Assembly (NCBI GenBank): GCA_963755715.1
Contig: CAVWLW010000069.1
Location: forward strand, 146,890-210,889
DNA: 64,000 bases
Reading direction: 5' to 3'
Source: an uncultured delta proteobacterium
Lineage (GTDB): Bacteria; Desulfobacterota; Binatia; UBA9968
Made by a program: the position numbers and the translations under genes. Shown here piece by piece: positions 1 through 10,000 of the stretch (the first letter of the stretch is position 1; each line of letters opens with the position of its first letter). The notes under the pieces were generated by a model. That model had not been told where the DNA came from, searched no databases, and saw only the letters and a list, made by a program, of their open reading frames with translations.

Positions 1-28
1 TCCGAGCGCTGTCCTGACAGTCGGCGCT

Positions 29-190
29 TTACAACCAGCTCTCGAATTCGTCACTTTGGCAATCGACCTGGTGTTGGCGCAGACGGTCCCAAGATTCAAA
101 GCAGCCACCACAACCGTCACACTCGAAAGATAAATTTTTCCGCTTCTCGGTTTCCGTCTCGTCATTCTTACTTTCCATACTTGTCCCCAT
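29..190 (-). CDS. 53-aa C2HC zinc-finger microprotein (not in ORF track)
   Basis: Manual translation MGTSMESKNDETETEKRKNLSFECDGCGGCFESWDRLRQHQVDCQSDEFESWL*. It matches F-x-C-x2-C-x3-F-x5-L-x2-H-x3-C, and a sigma54 promoter lies upstream. Confidence 0.7.
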   Translation of the reverse strand: MGTSMESKNDETETEKRKNLSFECDGCGGCFESWDRLRQHQVDCQSDEFESWL

Positions 191-286
191 GAAGATTTCC
201 TAAAACTTTCTCGTTACTGCTGTAAAAACTATTTTGTGAAGGGCAGTCAGCCTCTCATGCGCAACGCGGCAACTGCTACTGGACTC

Positions 287-303
287 AGCAACCGGTGTGC
301 CAG
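287..303 (-). promoter_or_regulatory. sigma54 (-24/-12) promoter
   Basis: Minus strand CTGGCACACCGGTTGCT has exact GG-N10-GC spacing. Candidate enhancer TGTAGGCATTTATCCGCA lies at 376-393. Confidence 0.7.
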
Positions 304-613
304 TCCAAATCGTTTCGCGAATTATCGGGTTGTCCGGTAGTTAACAGCGCATCATAGGTCGGAAAGATTTGATCGTGCGGATAAATGCCTACAGAAGCGT
401 ATGTCTTTTGCCTTTACCCGCTTATTTTTTCCATTCTTAGACGATGCGCGCACCCAAATATTACGCGCGAGCCCGCGTCATAGTTTTGAGGCATACGCTA
501 CGCAGCGATGGCAGGACGTCATAGAGGAGTGTGAGTAAATTCGACTCGCCGCGAAAACCAGATCGACAAAGGGGATTATAGCCGCGACACATGATAGGTA
601 ACTGAATTCCCAC

Positions 614-655
614 GGAGAAGGAAGGTGCCCGGTCGTGCCCGCTGGTATTCAAAAC
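614..655 (+). repeat. Displaced 5' half of tRNA-Sec (att-like direct repeat)
   Basis: GGAGAAGGAAGGTGCCCGGTCGTGCCCGCTGGTATTCAAAAC matches 3156-3196 with 2 substitutions and 1 insertion, and ends just past the anticodon loop. Confidence 0.85.
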
Positions 656-687
656 AGGTCGATAGGGTTTTCAGGAATGTAGCAACG

Positions 688-722
688 ACGGAGAGTTAGC
701 GTTGACTCTCCGTTTTTGTTTT
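688..722 (+). terminator. Intrinsic terminator just after the tRNA fragment
   Basis: Stem ACGGAGAGT/ACTCTCCGT followed by TTTTGTTTT. Confidence 0.75.
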
Positions 723-791
723 CGATTCTCGCCCGAATAGATTTTTCGATTCCCTGTTCAGATTTTCACATCGGCAGTCGTTTTTTCGGGT

Positions 792-814
792 AAATTGCTA
801 CGAGAATTGTTACA
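792..814 (+). repeat. 23-bp repeat copy 1 (probable integrase arm-type sites)
   Basis: AAATTGCTACGAGAATTGTTACA is 22/23 identical to 3092-3114 and is itself a tandem AATTG(C/T)TAC. Confidence 0.7.
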
Positions 815-982
815 AGGCAAGAGGCGTTAAAAAAATTTTGGCCCCGAGAGAGACATGCGCGGCGAAGCCCGCATGATCCCTCTGTGCTACGCTCGGATAA
901 TATTAGCGCGCACCGTGTAGGGAATGGAATTATGATGCTCTGTTGGGCTTATAGGCGATCTGGAACTGATCTACTCTTACGC

Positions 983-2161
983 ATGCTAACAGTGGCATTG
1001 CTTGCCTGGCCAATAACGGGTGCGCTGCCAGCGACGGAGTCAGAGCAGCGCACGTCAAGAACGATTCGAGTCGGCCAGGACTACCCTGTCAAGACGATTG
1101 CGGCTGCCGCTCGGTTGGCCCAAGACGGGGACATCATCGAAATCACAGCGGGCGACTACGTAGGAGACACAGCCGTCTGGACACAGACGGACCTAAAAAT
1201 TCGCGGTATCAATGGCCGCCCGCGCTTGATTGCTGAGGGCAAGGCAGCCGAGGAGAAAGGTATTTGGGTCATACGCGGGGGCGACATCCTAGTAGAAAAC
1301 ATCGAATTTACGGGCGCAAGAGTAGCCAATCGGAACGGCGCCGGGATCAGGTTTGAGCGCGGAAAATTGAAAGTACGCAAGTGTGTTTTTAAGGATAACG
1401 AAAATGGCATGCTGGTCGGCAATGATCCTTCCATGATTTTGGAGATTGAAGATTCGGAGTTTGGCGATAACGGTGCTGGGGACGGGCAGAGCCACAATCT
1501 CTACGTCGGAACAATAGAGCGCTTTGTTGTACAAGGAAGTTACTTCCATCATGCCCGTGTAGGGCATCTTCTAAAGACGCGCGCCCGGGAAAACTTCATT
1601 TACTATAACCGCCTCACCGATGAGCCCGGTGGACGTGCAAGTTACGAATTGGAGTTTCCAGCGGGTGGCCTGGCTTTTGTTGTTGGTAACCTGATCGAGC
1701 AAGGCGAGAAAACAGAGAACCCAACTATAATTTCTTTCGGTGCCGAAGGCTATAAGTGGTCGCGAAACGATCTTTACCTTTCACATAATACGATCGTGAA
1801 TGATAGAATTGAGGGCGGCGTTTTTATCCTGGCGCGCCCGGGATCTGCGTATGTGAAGGCTTTAAATAATGTCCTGGTCGGCAAAGGAGATCTCGATCTC
1901 AAGACCCGAGCGGACATCGGCCAAAATTGGAGACTGGATCGGAGCGAGTTCGTGCTTCCGGAAGGATTCGACTTTAGACTGAAACCAGATTCGCAGGCTG
2001 CAGGGAAGGCCGATGATCCGGGAGAGGCAATGGGAGCTTCGCTTCGCCCCACTCGAGAATACAGTTATCGGGTCGGCACCGAACTCCTCCCCCTGACTAG
2101 CTCGTTTAATCCTGGAGCGTTTCAGACTAGATCCCGAAAAAATGACCCTGCCTTACCTTAA
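983..2161 (+). CDS. Secreted right-handed parallel beta-helix protein (pectin-lyase-like fold)
   Basis: TIAAAARLAQDGDIIEITAGDY cap motif, Asn-ladder repeats (NIEFTGA, FKDNENG, SHNLYVG) and a hydrophobic N-terminus. ORF is open from 884, start uncertain. Confidence 0.75.
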   Translation: MLTVALLAWPITGALPATESEQRTSRTIRVGQDYPVKTIAAAARLAQDGDIIEITAGDYVGDTAVWTQTDLKIRGINGRPRLIAEGKAAEEKGIWVIRGGDILVENIEFTGARVANRNGAGIRFERGKLKVRKCVFKDNENGMLVGNDPSMILEIEDSEFGDNGAGDGQSHNLYVGTIERFVVQGSYFHHARVGHLLKTRARENFIYYNRLTDEPGGRASYELEFPAGGLAFVVGNLIEQGEKTENPTIISFGAEGYKWSRNDLYLSHNTIVNDRIEGGVFILARPGSAYVKALNNVLVGKGDLDLKTRADIGQNWRLDRSEFVLPEGFDFRLKPDSQAAGKADDPGEAMGASLRPTREYSYRVGTELLPLTSSFNPGAFQTRSRKNDPALP

Positions 2162-2254
2162 CGATCAGGTCGCCGCGGCAGAATCCAAAAACCAAATTTG
2201 AACCGGCGGCCAGACTCTTACGCCTGCGTCGCGCTATGCGCCGTCCTAACCTTC

Positions 2255-2323
2255 CTAAATCGCAACTCTCGCGTAAATTTCCGTCATGATGATCGATGCG
2301 TGGCCGAGCAGCTTTTGAATCAG
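2255..2323 (-). pseudogene. Tyrosine recombinase box II remnant
   Basis: Translates LIQKLLGHASIIMTEIYARVAI*, the LLGH...T..Y catalytic motif. Confidence 0.75.
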
Positions 2324-2605
2324 TTACGGGTGCGACGCAGGAAGCGAGCCGCACTGTTCAACGCGCCTTCCACTAGGTTCGACATAGATAATGCAGGCTG
2401 AGCGGCGTTCGACAGCGGTTTCACCGGATAATATCGAGACGGCGCCGCACATCATAGCGCCAAGCGGTGAGCACGGCTCTTCCAATATGCGAGCGTTAGC
2501 TGGTATCGGTGCCGTATCGAGAGGGTGAGTTTGAGACTGGGGCGCGCACGCGATCGGGAAAACAACTGCCACGAGCGTGAGAAAAACTTTAAGTCCGCGC
2601 GCCAC
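2324..2605 (-). CDS. Small Cys-rich putative lipoprotein (~93 aa)
   Basis: GTG start after an AG-rich stretch. Signal peptide ARGLKVFLTLVAVVFPIA-C followed by four further Cys. Confidence 0.55.
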   Translation of the reverse strand: MARGLKVFLTLVAVVFPIACAPQSQTHPLDTAPIPANARILEEPCSPLGAMMCGAVSILSGETAVERRSACIIYVEPSGRRVEQCGSLPASHP

Positions 2606-2825
2606 TACAGATTCTTCTTTCCAAACACCCGTCAGCCGACGAGAATCGCCAGATGGGCATACACCAATCCAAAAGCAATACCTTACCACGAAACCGAATG
2701 GGCGAATCCACCTGGCGACAATGACCAACGCCAGCACGTTAGCAAAGAAAAGATAGATGTAAAACTTGAGCGCGTACAATACTTGAAGAGCCAAATCGGG
2801 GGGTCAGAAATGGCCCCCGCGGTAA

Positions 2826-3141
2826 ACCCAGGGGTTCGTATTCACGAATCCCGACGGTTCGCCTATCACCAAGGGGCAAATTGAGTATCAAATCGAAAAG
2901 GCCGTTAAGAACGCGGGAATCAGAAAGTTTGTTTTTCATAACTATCGCAACACGGTTTGACGCGGTGGGCCCGTCAGGGCATCAACGTCGACGTGGCGAT
3001 GAAAGCCAGCCGGCCACAGGCTCAGTGCAAATGCACAAGCGTTACGTCGATCTCTAAGAAACAGATATCGCCGCCGCCTTCGGCACCTCGCAAATTGCTA
3101 CGGGAATTGTTACAGATGAGCGGTTAGACAATCGTAAATAG
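2826..3141 (+). pseudogene. Tyrosine integrase C-terminal remnant
   Basis: FVFTNPDG...AVKNAGIRKFVFHNYRNT, frameshift, then LTRWARQGINVDVAMKAS..(GH out of frame)..SVQMHKRYVDL*. It ends 14 nt before the tRNA. Confidence 0.8.
3092..3114 (+). repeat. 23-bp repeat copy 2
   Basis: AAATTGCTACGGGAATTGTTACA. Confidence 0.7.
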
Positions 3142-3155
3142 CTGATCTTCTTTAT

Positions 3156-3250
3156 GGAGAAGGAAGGTGCCCGGTGGTGCCGCTGGTCTTCAAAACCAGT
3201 CTGGGGGTCGTAAGGTCCCCGGAGGGTTCGACTCCCTCCCTTCTCCGCCA
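3156..3250 (+). tRNA. selC: tRNA-Sec (UCA)
   Basis: 95 nt with 8-bp acceptor GGAGAAGG/CCTTCTCC, G discriminator plus CCA, 6-bp D-stem with 4-nt loop, anticodon TCA at 3190-3192, long variable arm with GTAA loop, and 5-bp T-stem with TTCGACT. Confidence 0.96.
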
Positions 3251-3556
3251 CAAAAATACTGATAATTAAATGCCTACATTTTGCGATTGGGATTTAGCCC
3301 ATCGTAGCCCGAATTCGCATGAGCGATCCCGAATCACGACAATTCATTACTTTTGTTTTTCCTCAGAGCGATTGTGTCATGAAATAAGATTCGCGGAAGA
3401 ATACCCTGGCATTAGATTCGGCGCGGTTGTATATCGTGCTTTACTCTAATACGATCTCGCGCATGCGCTTTCTTTCATTTACCGTTGAGATAAAGTCGTG
3501 GGTATATCGAGACCACAGAGCGTTTGCTTGCGTCGCTTGAGATTAGCAGATCCAAA

Positions 3557-4606
3557 ATGGGCATTCCTTTACGCCAAAGTCTGGCCATTCTAAGTCACAT
3601 TCTGAAAAAGCGCTTGCAGGGCGTTGAACGCTATCCGCTCGTGCTTATGTTAGAGCCGTTGTTTCGCTGTAATTTGGCCTGTGCCGGCTGCGGCAAAATT
3701 GACTATCCCGAAGGGATTCTGGATCGACAACTGAGTCCGGCGGAATGCATGGCTGCCATCGATGAATGTGGGGCTCCCGTGGTTTCCATCGCCGGGGGCG
3801 AGCCTTTAATCCACAAAGACATGCCGGAGATCGTTCGCGGCTTTATTCAGCGAAAGAAGTTCGTCTATTTATGCACGAACGCGTTACTTCTTTCTCGACG
3901 GATGAACGAATACGCCCCTTCGCCCTACCTGACATTTTCGGTTCATCTGGACGGCAACCGCGACCGGCACGACACCTCAGTCTGCCGCACGGGGGTGTTT
4001 GATGAAGCTGTGAAGGCGATTCAAATGGCGATCCAAAGGCGGTTCCGGGTAACGATTAACTGCACTCTGTTCCAAGGCGAGTCCGCGCAAGAGGTGGCAG
4101 CCTTTCTCGATGATGCGATGGCGCTCGGAGTGGAGGGGGTAACCATTTCGCCTGGTTTTAGTTACCAGCATGCGCCCCAACAAGACGTTTTCATCCAGCG
4201 CAATGCGAGCAAACAACTGTTCAGAAATATTTTCAAGCTGGGCAAGAAGCGCCGCTGGCGGCTCAATCACTCGAGTCTGTTTTTGAATTTTCTGGCCGGT
4301 AACGAGACTTACCGTTGCACACCCTGGGGCAACCCAACGCGTAACGTGTTCGGTTGGCAAAGACCCTGTTACTTGCTCGTGGACGAGGGTTATGCGCCGA
4401 CATTTAAAGCCTTGATGGAAGAAACGAACTGGGATCGTTATGGCACCGGCAACAATCCCAAATGTGCCAACTGCATGGCGCATTGCGGTTATGAAGCCAC
4501 CGCTGTCAATGATGCCATGGGTCATCCGCTCAAGGGCTTACGCGTTTCACTGCGCGGTCCAAAAACCGAAGGGCCCTTCGCACCCGAGTTGCCCACCACT
4601 TATTAG
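3557..4606 (+). CDS. hpnH: Adenosylhopane-forming radical SAM protein
   Basis: YPLVLMLEPLFRCNLACAGCGKI, CTPWGNPTRNVFGWQRPCYLL and CANCMAHCGYE motifs, in shc context. Confidence 0.95.
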   Translation: MGIPLRQSLAILSHILKKRLQGVERYPLVLMLEPLFRCNLACAGCGKIDYPEGILDRQLSPAECMAAIDECGAPVVSIAGGEPLIHKDMPEIVRGFIQRKKFVYLCTNALLLSRRMNEYAPSPYLTFSVHLDGNRDRHDTSVCRTGVFDEAVKAIQMAIQRRFRVTINCTLFQGESAQEVAAFLDDAMALGVEGVTISPGFSYQHAPQQDVFIQRNASKQLFRNIFKLGKKRRWRLNHSSLFLNFLAGNETYRCTPWGNPTRNVFGWQRPCYLLVDEGYAPTFKALMEETNWDRYGTGNNPKCANCMAHCGYEATAVNDAMGHPLKGLRVSLRGPKTEGPFAPELPTTY

Positions 4607-4647
4607 ATTACGGAAAAATTTCCGCCTTTGAAAAAAACCCTGGAACA

Positions 4648-5668
4648 TCAAGCAAACTTTTTCTTCGGCGGCTTCTGCGCCACATAGCCGTTTTTGTAAA
4701 ACCAATCTATCTCATCGCGCAGACCCGCCACGGCGGGTCGTGCAGCATAGCCGAGCTCGCGCCGCGCCTTTTGCGCTGGAGAAATACATGAGCTTGCGAG
4801 ACATGCGGACAGCATCAACAGTCAGCATCGGTTCGCCTCCTCCTCGAACACGCGCCACGCCTTCAGCGACGTAGGCGATCGGGGTAACAAACCAATGTGG
4901 CAGGCGTATGCGTGGTGGACGCCGGCCGGTAAGTTCAGCCACGGTTTCCAAAATCCATTGAAGGGTTCGATTCTCGCCACCTAGAATGTAGCTTTCGCCA
5001 ACCACTCCCCTGTCGTAAGCCAACAGATGACCAGCTGCTACATCGTCCACGTGGACCACATTCAGCCCGGTATTTACATAGGCAGGCATGCGCCCCGAGG
5101 CGGCTTCGATAATCATTCGTCCGGTCGGCGTCGGCTTGATATCACCCGGCCCGAAGGGCGCCGAGGGCTTCACGATAATCACCGGTATCCCTGCCTCTTC
5201 CACTAAACGTTTCACCTCGCGCTCAGCCAGAAACTTCGATTGCTTATAGGCGCCAATCATGTCGCACAGCTCCGCGTGGGAGGCTTCATCGGCAGGAAGG
5301 CCATCGCTTCTTAAGCGCAAGGTCGCCACGCTCGACGTGTAAACGACACGCGACACTCCCGCGGCGGCCGCCGCCCGGAGTAGATTGACCGTCCCCTGAA
5401 CATTGGTCCGGTTCATTTTCTCTCGATCAGGCACCCAGAGTCGATAATCCGCAGCCACATGAAACATAGCCTCGCAGCCGCGCACCGCGCGCTGGAGTGA
5501 CTCGTGCTCAACGAGATCGCCCGTAACGATTTCACAGTCGACGCCCGTCAAGTTGCGCCGGTCGCTGCTGGGGCGGACCAGGGCGCGCACCTGGTGGCCC
5601 GCAGCCACCAGAGAACGCAGCACTGCCGCGCCGACAAAACCTGTCGCACCGGTCAATAGGGTGGTCAT
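4648..5668 (-). CDS. hpnA: Hopanoid-associated sugar epimerase (frameshift near 3' end)
   Basis: TGATGFVG, FHVAADYRLW, YKQSK and DIKPTPTG motifs. Removing one base in the 4769-4772 run restores SSAKARRELGY...IDWFYKNGYV to a stop at 4648. Confidence 0.88.
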
Positions 5669-5828
5669 GGCTGTTGCTTTCGCCTGCCCGATTCAAAGCT
5701 CCGCACAGTAAAGCGCAAGTTCTGGGCTTTCGCGCCGGCCGTCGTCTTTTCTCTAATTTAGAATTTTTAAAATAACAAACTCGGCAAGCTGGTTGATAAA
5801 ATAACTTTTCAATGAAATTAATCTAACC

Positions 5829-6950
5829 GTGAACAGGATCACCTGCCCTTTAGCTTTGCGAGTTTCGTGGGTTTTCATCTTGCTCGCGCTGTCCGCCTGT
5901 GCCGGCCTGCCAGTGCGCGGCACAGTGGGCGGGCAAACGATCGAAACTCGAGTAGACTCGGAAGTGGCGCGCTACTATCTGGGAAGTTATCTTGCCGGCA
6001 ACCGCACCAATCCGACCCTCGATGCGCGCATCGATCAGATTTATCAGGCTATCGACGGCCACCTGCCCGGCCGCATCGAGCTCAAAGAATTGAGCGACGA
6101 ATTTTCTGTTGACTTCGCAGCACTGTACATGGCCGACCAGATCGCTCGTGTGCCTGCAAATCGTCGCTTTCGGAGCGCCTTCGATCAAGTGTACGAATAC
6201 ACCCGCAAAGCCTTCCCAGAAGGTCGAATGCAGGTACCTCAAGCTGGCAATTATGATGTGCTGTTTGTGCCGACCTATCTCTATAAACGTCTTACCTTTA
6301 CCGGTGCCGATATGGCTGTTCCGCGAAAGGCGCTCCAAAAGGTAGGATTTACCTGCCATTTTGTCGAAACCCAAGACGACGGCACGATTGAAGCAAATGC
6401 AGATCTGGTGGCTGCCGCTATTCGCGCCCTCGCGCCGAGCGGCCGACGGTTGATCATAGTGAGCGCCAGCAAGTCCGGCCCAGAAGTTGCGCTAGCGCTA
6501 ACCAAACTTGGGCCCGCTGAAACCCACCACGTTGCGGCATGGATCAATACGGTGGGCGCACTCCAGGGCACGCCACTGATAGATGACCGCGTTCTCCCCG
6601 AGGTTGAATTTATAGTCGGCAAGGTCAATCCGGCCGGCGTTGCAAGTATGACGACAACGCAAAGCCGTCAACGGTTCGAATCCTTCCGCATTCCCAAACA
6701 TGTGTTTGTGGTCAACTACTTTGGTATACCCACGGTTGGCAGCATTTCGTTTTTGGCAGCCAAAGGCTTTTATCCGCTGCGAAAGTACGGGCCCAACGAT
6801 GGGATTGTGCTGTTACCGGATATGATTTTTCCAGATGGAGTAACGCTAGCTCAGGTGGGCAGTGACCATCTTCGGCTTAACGACCATATGGATATTGCCG
6901 GAGTGGCATTGGCAGTGACTGTAATCAATTGGCTGGAAAGCCAGCCATGA
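5829..6950 (+). CDS. Lipoprotein, lipase-like alpha/beta hydrolase
   Basis: Lipobox LSAC, nucleophile elbow variant VSASKSG, then GALQGTP, NDGIV and SDH motifs. Confidence 0.65.
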   Translation: MNRITCPLALRVSWVFILLALSACAGLPVRGTVGGQTIETRVDSEVARYYLGSYLAGNRTNPTLDARIDQIYQAIDGHLPGRIELKELSDEFSVDFAALYMADQIARVPANRRFRSAFDQVYEYTRKAFPEGRMQVPQAGNYDVLFVPTYLYKRLTFTGADMAVPRKALQKVGFTCHFVETQDDGTIEANADLVAAAIRALAPSGRRLIIVSASKSGPEVALALTKLGPAETHHVAAWINTVGALQGTPLIDDRVLPEVEFIVGKVNPAGVASMTTTQSRQRFESFRIPKHVFVVNYFGIPTVGSISFLAAKGFYPLRKYGPNDGIVLLPDMIFPDGVTLAQVGSDHLRLNDHMDIAGVALAVTVINWLESQP

Positions 6951-7014
6951 CCATCAAATGGTCAATGGGCTGGAAAGTCATGATCATCAAATGTCGCCGG
7001 TTCCTGAGGATTAG

Positions 7015-10000
7015 TTACGCGATCATTCCGCCGAGGCTTCTGAGCATGGCGACCACTTCGTCGGGCAAAACGGGCGGAATCTTTCCCATCATGTGGCAAG
7101 CAATGAGATTGTTGGCGGTCTGCTCAATGATGAGGGTCATATCGATGGTTTGACGCAGATTTGGTCCGCGGACGATAAGGCCGTGGTTCTGCAGGATCAC
7201 TGCGCTAGCGTCCTTCACAGCCGCACCAACTGCATCGGCTAGCTCGGCCGTTCCGGGCATGATGAACGGGATGCGCGGGATCTCCCCGATGTATGCGGCT
7301 TCTGTCGAGATCGGCAGAAATGGGATGTCCGACAGACCCAAGAGCGTTGCCTTCGGCGCATGCGAGTGGATCACCGCGCCGACATTTGGGTTGTTGCGGT
7401 ACACCGCGCAGTGCAACATGCGCTCGCTCGATGGTGCATGGGGAGGATCACCGATCGGATTTCCCTCCAGATCGATGCGCACCAACATATCGCTTCGAAG
7501 CGCGCCCTTGAAGCACGAATTGGGCGTGATCCACAGTTCGTGTTTGCCTGGGATACGCACGCTTACGTTGCCGCCCGTCGCAGTAATGAGTCCGTGAGCG
7601 TACATTTCCTCAACGGTGCGAATGACTTCGGCGCGAATATCACCGGCGACAATTCGATCCGCGTCCGCGCCGCTTGGCGCGGGCATAGTAAGCGTCCCGG
7701 CAGGTGCATTGTTCTGCGTGAGTTCTGCGTAGGCTACCCGTTCAAAAACGGCGTCAAGATCTTTGACTTCGGCGCGAGCCTCGGTGTAGAGACGATTGAA
7801 ATCGTTCTGAATGCGCTGCAGCGACATGGCCTTGATCGTGTCGCCAATGAATGACAGTTTGCCGGTCATCGCCGCCTTCGGACCGTTCTCTTTTCCGGTA
7901 AACAGCTTATCGAGAATATCAGCCTTCATTTTCAAAGTGACTTGCGGCTTGTCCGGCGACTCGCCCACGCCGCAACGCACTGCGCCTTGATCGAAAGCGG
8001 TATAGAAAGAGATTTTTATATCCGTGAGCTCATAGCGTACCGTCACCCGCCGGCCTTCAGCAAATGACAGGATTTTCTCATCGCGGTTCACCCGCTGGGT
8101 AAAGATGTCCAAGAGTTGTTCCATATGCGTACGCACTTCATTGAGTAGGTCCGAATCCGTGCGGTCCTGGTGCGTAAGCGAATGGTCGTTTCGCGGCCCA
8201 ATAGTCTCCGATCGAGAACCGAGAAAAGCATTCTTGAGACCGGACAGCAGGCTTTGCTTCTTTGCTGCACGCGGCGTTGCGGCGTGCAAGACCGACGACG
8301 CCTCTGGAGGCGACCCGGTCTGCGTGCTGCTGCTAGGAAGGTCGGTTACCGACGGCCGAGAGTTCTGCCGTAGTCGCTCGAGAATCTCAGTTGAAGGCAC
8401 CGGCCGCGGCGCGATCCAACTGAAATGATCGAGGACCTCAGCATTGGCGACGTTAGCCGCCCGCCCGTCGTGCAGGAGGTCAGCCAGGTTCGCGGTCACG
8501 ATGGCGCCCTGGTGGGAGAAGACTTCGAAGGTGTTGCCGCCGATGTGCGGCGTGGCGATCACATTCGCAAGCTGGAGTAGCGGATGATCTGAAGCTGGCG
8601 GTTCGACGGGAAATACATCCACCGCCGCGCCCGCAAGCCGCCCGTTTTTGAGCGCCGACACGAGCGCCGCTTCGTCAACCAGAGCCGCCCGGGCGGTATT
8701 GACTAAATATGCGCCTGGCTTCATCTGTTCAATCTCCGCGGGCCCGAGCAATGGCCGCGATTCGTCGGTCACGGCCGCGTGTAGGGTGATGAAATCGCTC
8801 TCGGCGAGGAGCTCTTGCAGCGAGACCGATTCGACGTCGAGGAGCACCGCCTTTTCGGGCGAAAGGAATGGATCATGGGCGATCAGCCGCGCCCCGAACG
8901 GCTGAAGTCGCTTAGCCACACATTGCCCGACGGCCCCGAGACCGACAATGCCGATCGTTTTATGCCACAACTCATGCCCCTGTAGGCCCTCGAACGCCCG
9001 GCCCATGCGGCCGACATCACCTTCTTCGCCGGGATCATGGAGGAATTGCGTCGCTTGCGGTAGCTTGCGCGCCAACATCAGCATGAAAGAGACCGCAAGG
9101 TCGGCGACCGCGTCGGCGTTGCGAGCCGGGGTCGTAATCACTAAAACGCCATGCGCTGTGCACGCCTCGATGTCGACGTTGACTGCGTTACTGCGGCAGC
9201 ACACGACGACGCGAAGATCCGGCGCCTTGCTCAGTACTTCCGCGTCTACTGCGTCAACCTCAGTGACGAACACCTGAACTCCGGCGAGCGCTTCGATGAG
9301 ATCGTCACCGGTAAGCAATCGTAGGTTTTCGCGAAAGCCTTCATAGCGCACTTCTCCAAGCTGGCGCAGTGCCGCCAAGGCTTGTTCGTCTATAGATGCA
9401 GTCACGAGGATATTGGGGCGTGGCGCATTACTATTGAATGGATCGCGCGCGCTATGCTTGGTCGCTTGTTGTATGAACGCTTGAATCGCGCTTGATTCGG
9501 CTAGCTCGTCGACCTTCTGACGCGCGGCGCGCATTTCAAGCCAGCGATCGTAGTGAGATTGATATGCCGCACGCCGATGCGGATCGGGCAGAAAACTACG
9601 CCGTCCACTGGCAAAACGCTTGGCGCCCTCGACAATGTTGGAATAGAGGCTCGCTCCGACGCCGGCGCAAATAGCCGCGCCAAGCGCCGAGCACTCCGGC
9701 ACAAGGACAGCTTCAATCGGGACGCCGGTCACATCCGAGAGAAGCTGGGCGAAGAATATGCTTTTCGACATTCCACCCGCCAATCGAAGCGATTCGAGCG
9801 GTTGGTTTTGCGCCGTTTTTTGCAGCAGTTCAATATTGCCCCTCGCCGCGAAAGCCAATCCTTCGACAACTGCTCGCGACACATGACGCCGGCGCGATGG
9901 ATCCTCGGCCACCAGCATTGGTGACAATGTGAGATGCCCGACGGGCATCCGCAGGTGACTGGCGTCGAATATTTCGGCTCCGAGCGTTGAAACGATCCCT

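Larger units (their letters stand above)
614..3196. mobile_element. Decayed integrative island at selC
   Basis: Flanking tRNA-Sec 5'-half repeats, a 23-bp arm-type repeat near both ends, and two tyrosine-integrase remnants. Confidence 0.75.

Noticed and set aside
2155-2330. Integron attC site after the beta-helix gene
   Set aside because: No matching RYYYAAC/GTTRRRY pair with an internal palindrome, and no IntI-specific sequence seen.
382-3278. 12-bp match TAAATGCCTACA at 382-393 and 3267-3278
   Set aside because: Short, outside the att-defined ends, and compatible with chance.
4712-4714. Selenocysteine read-through at the hpnA TGA, given the nearby selC
   Set aside because: The TGA arises from a frameshift, and the conserved C-terminus is in another frame.
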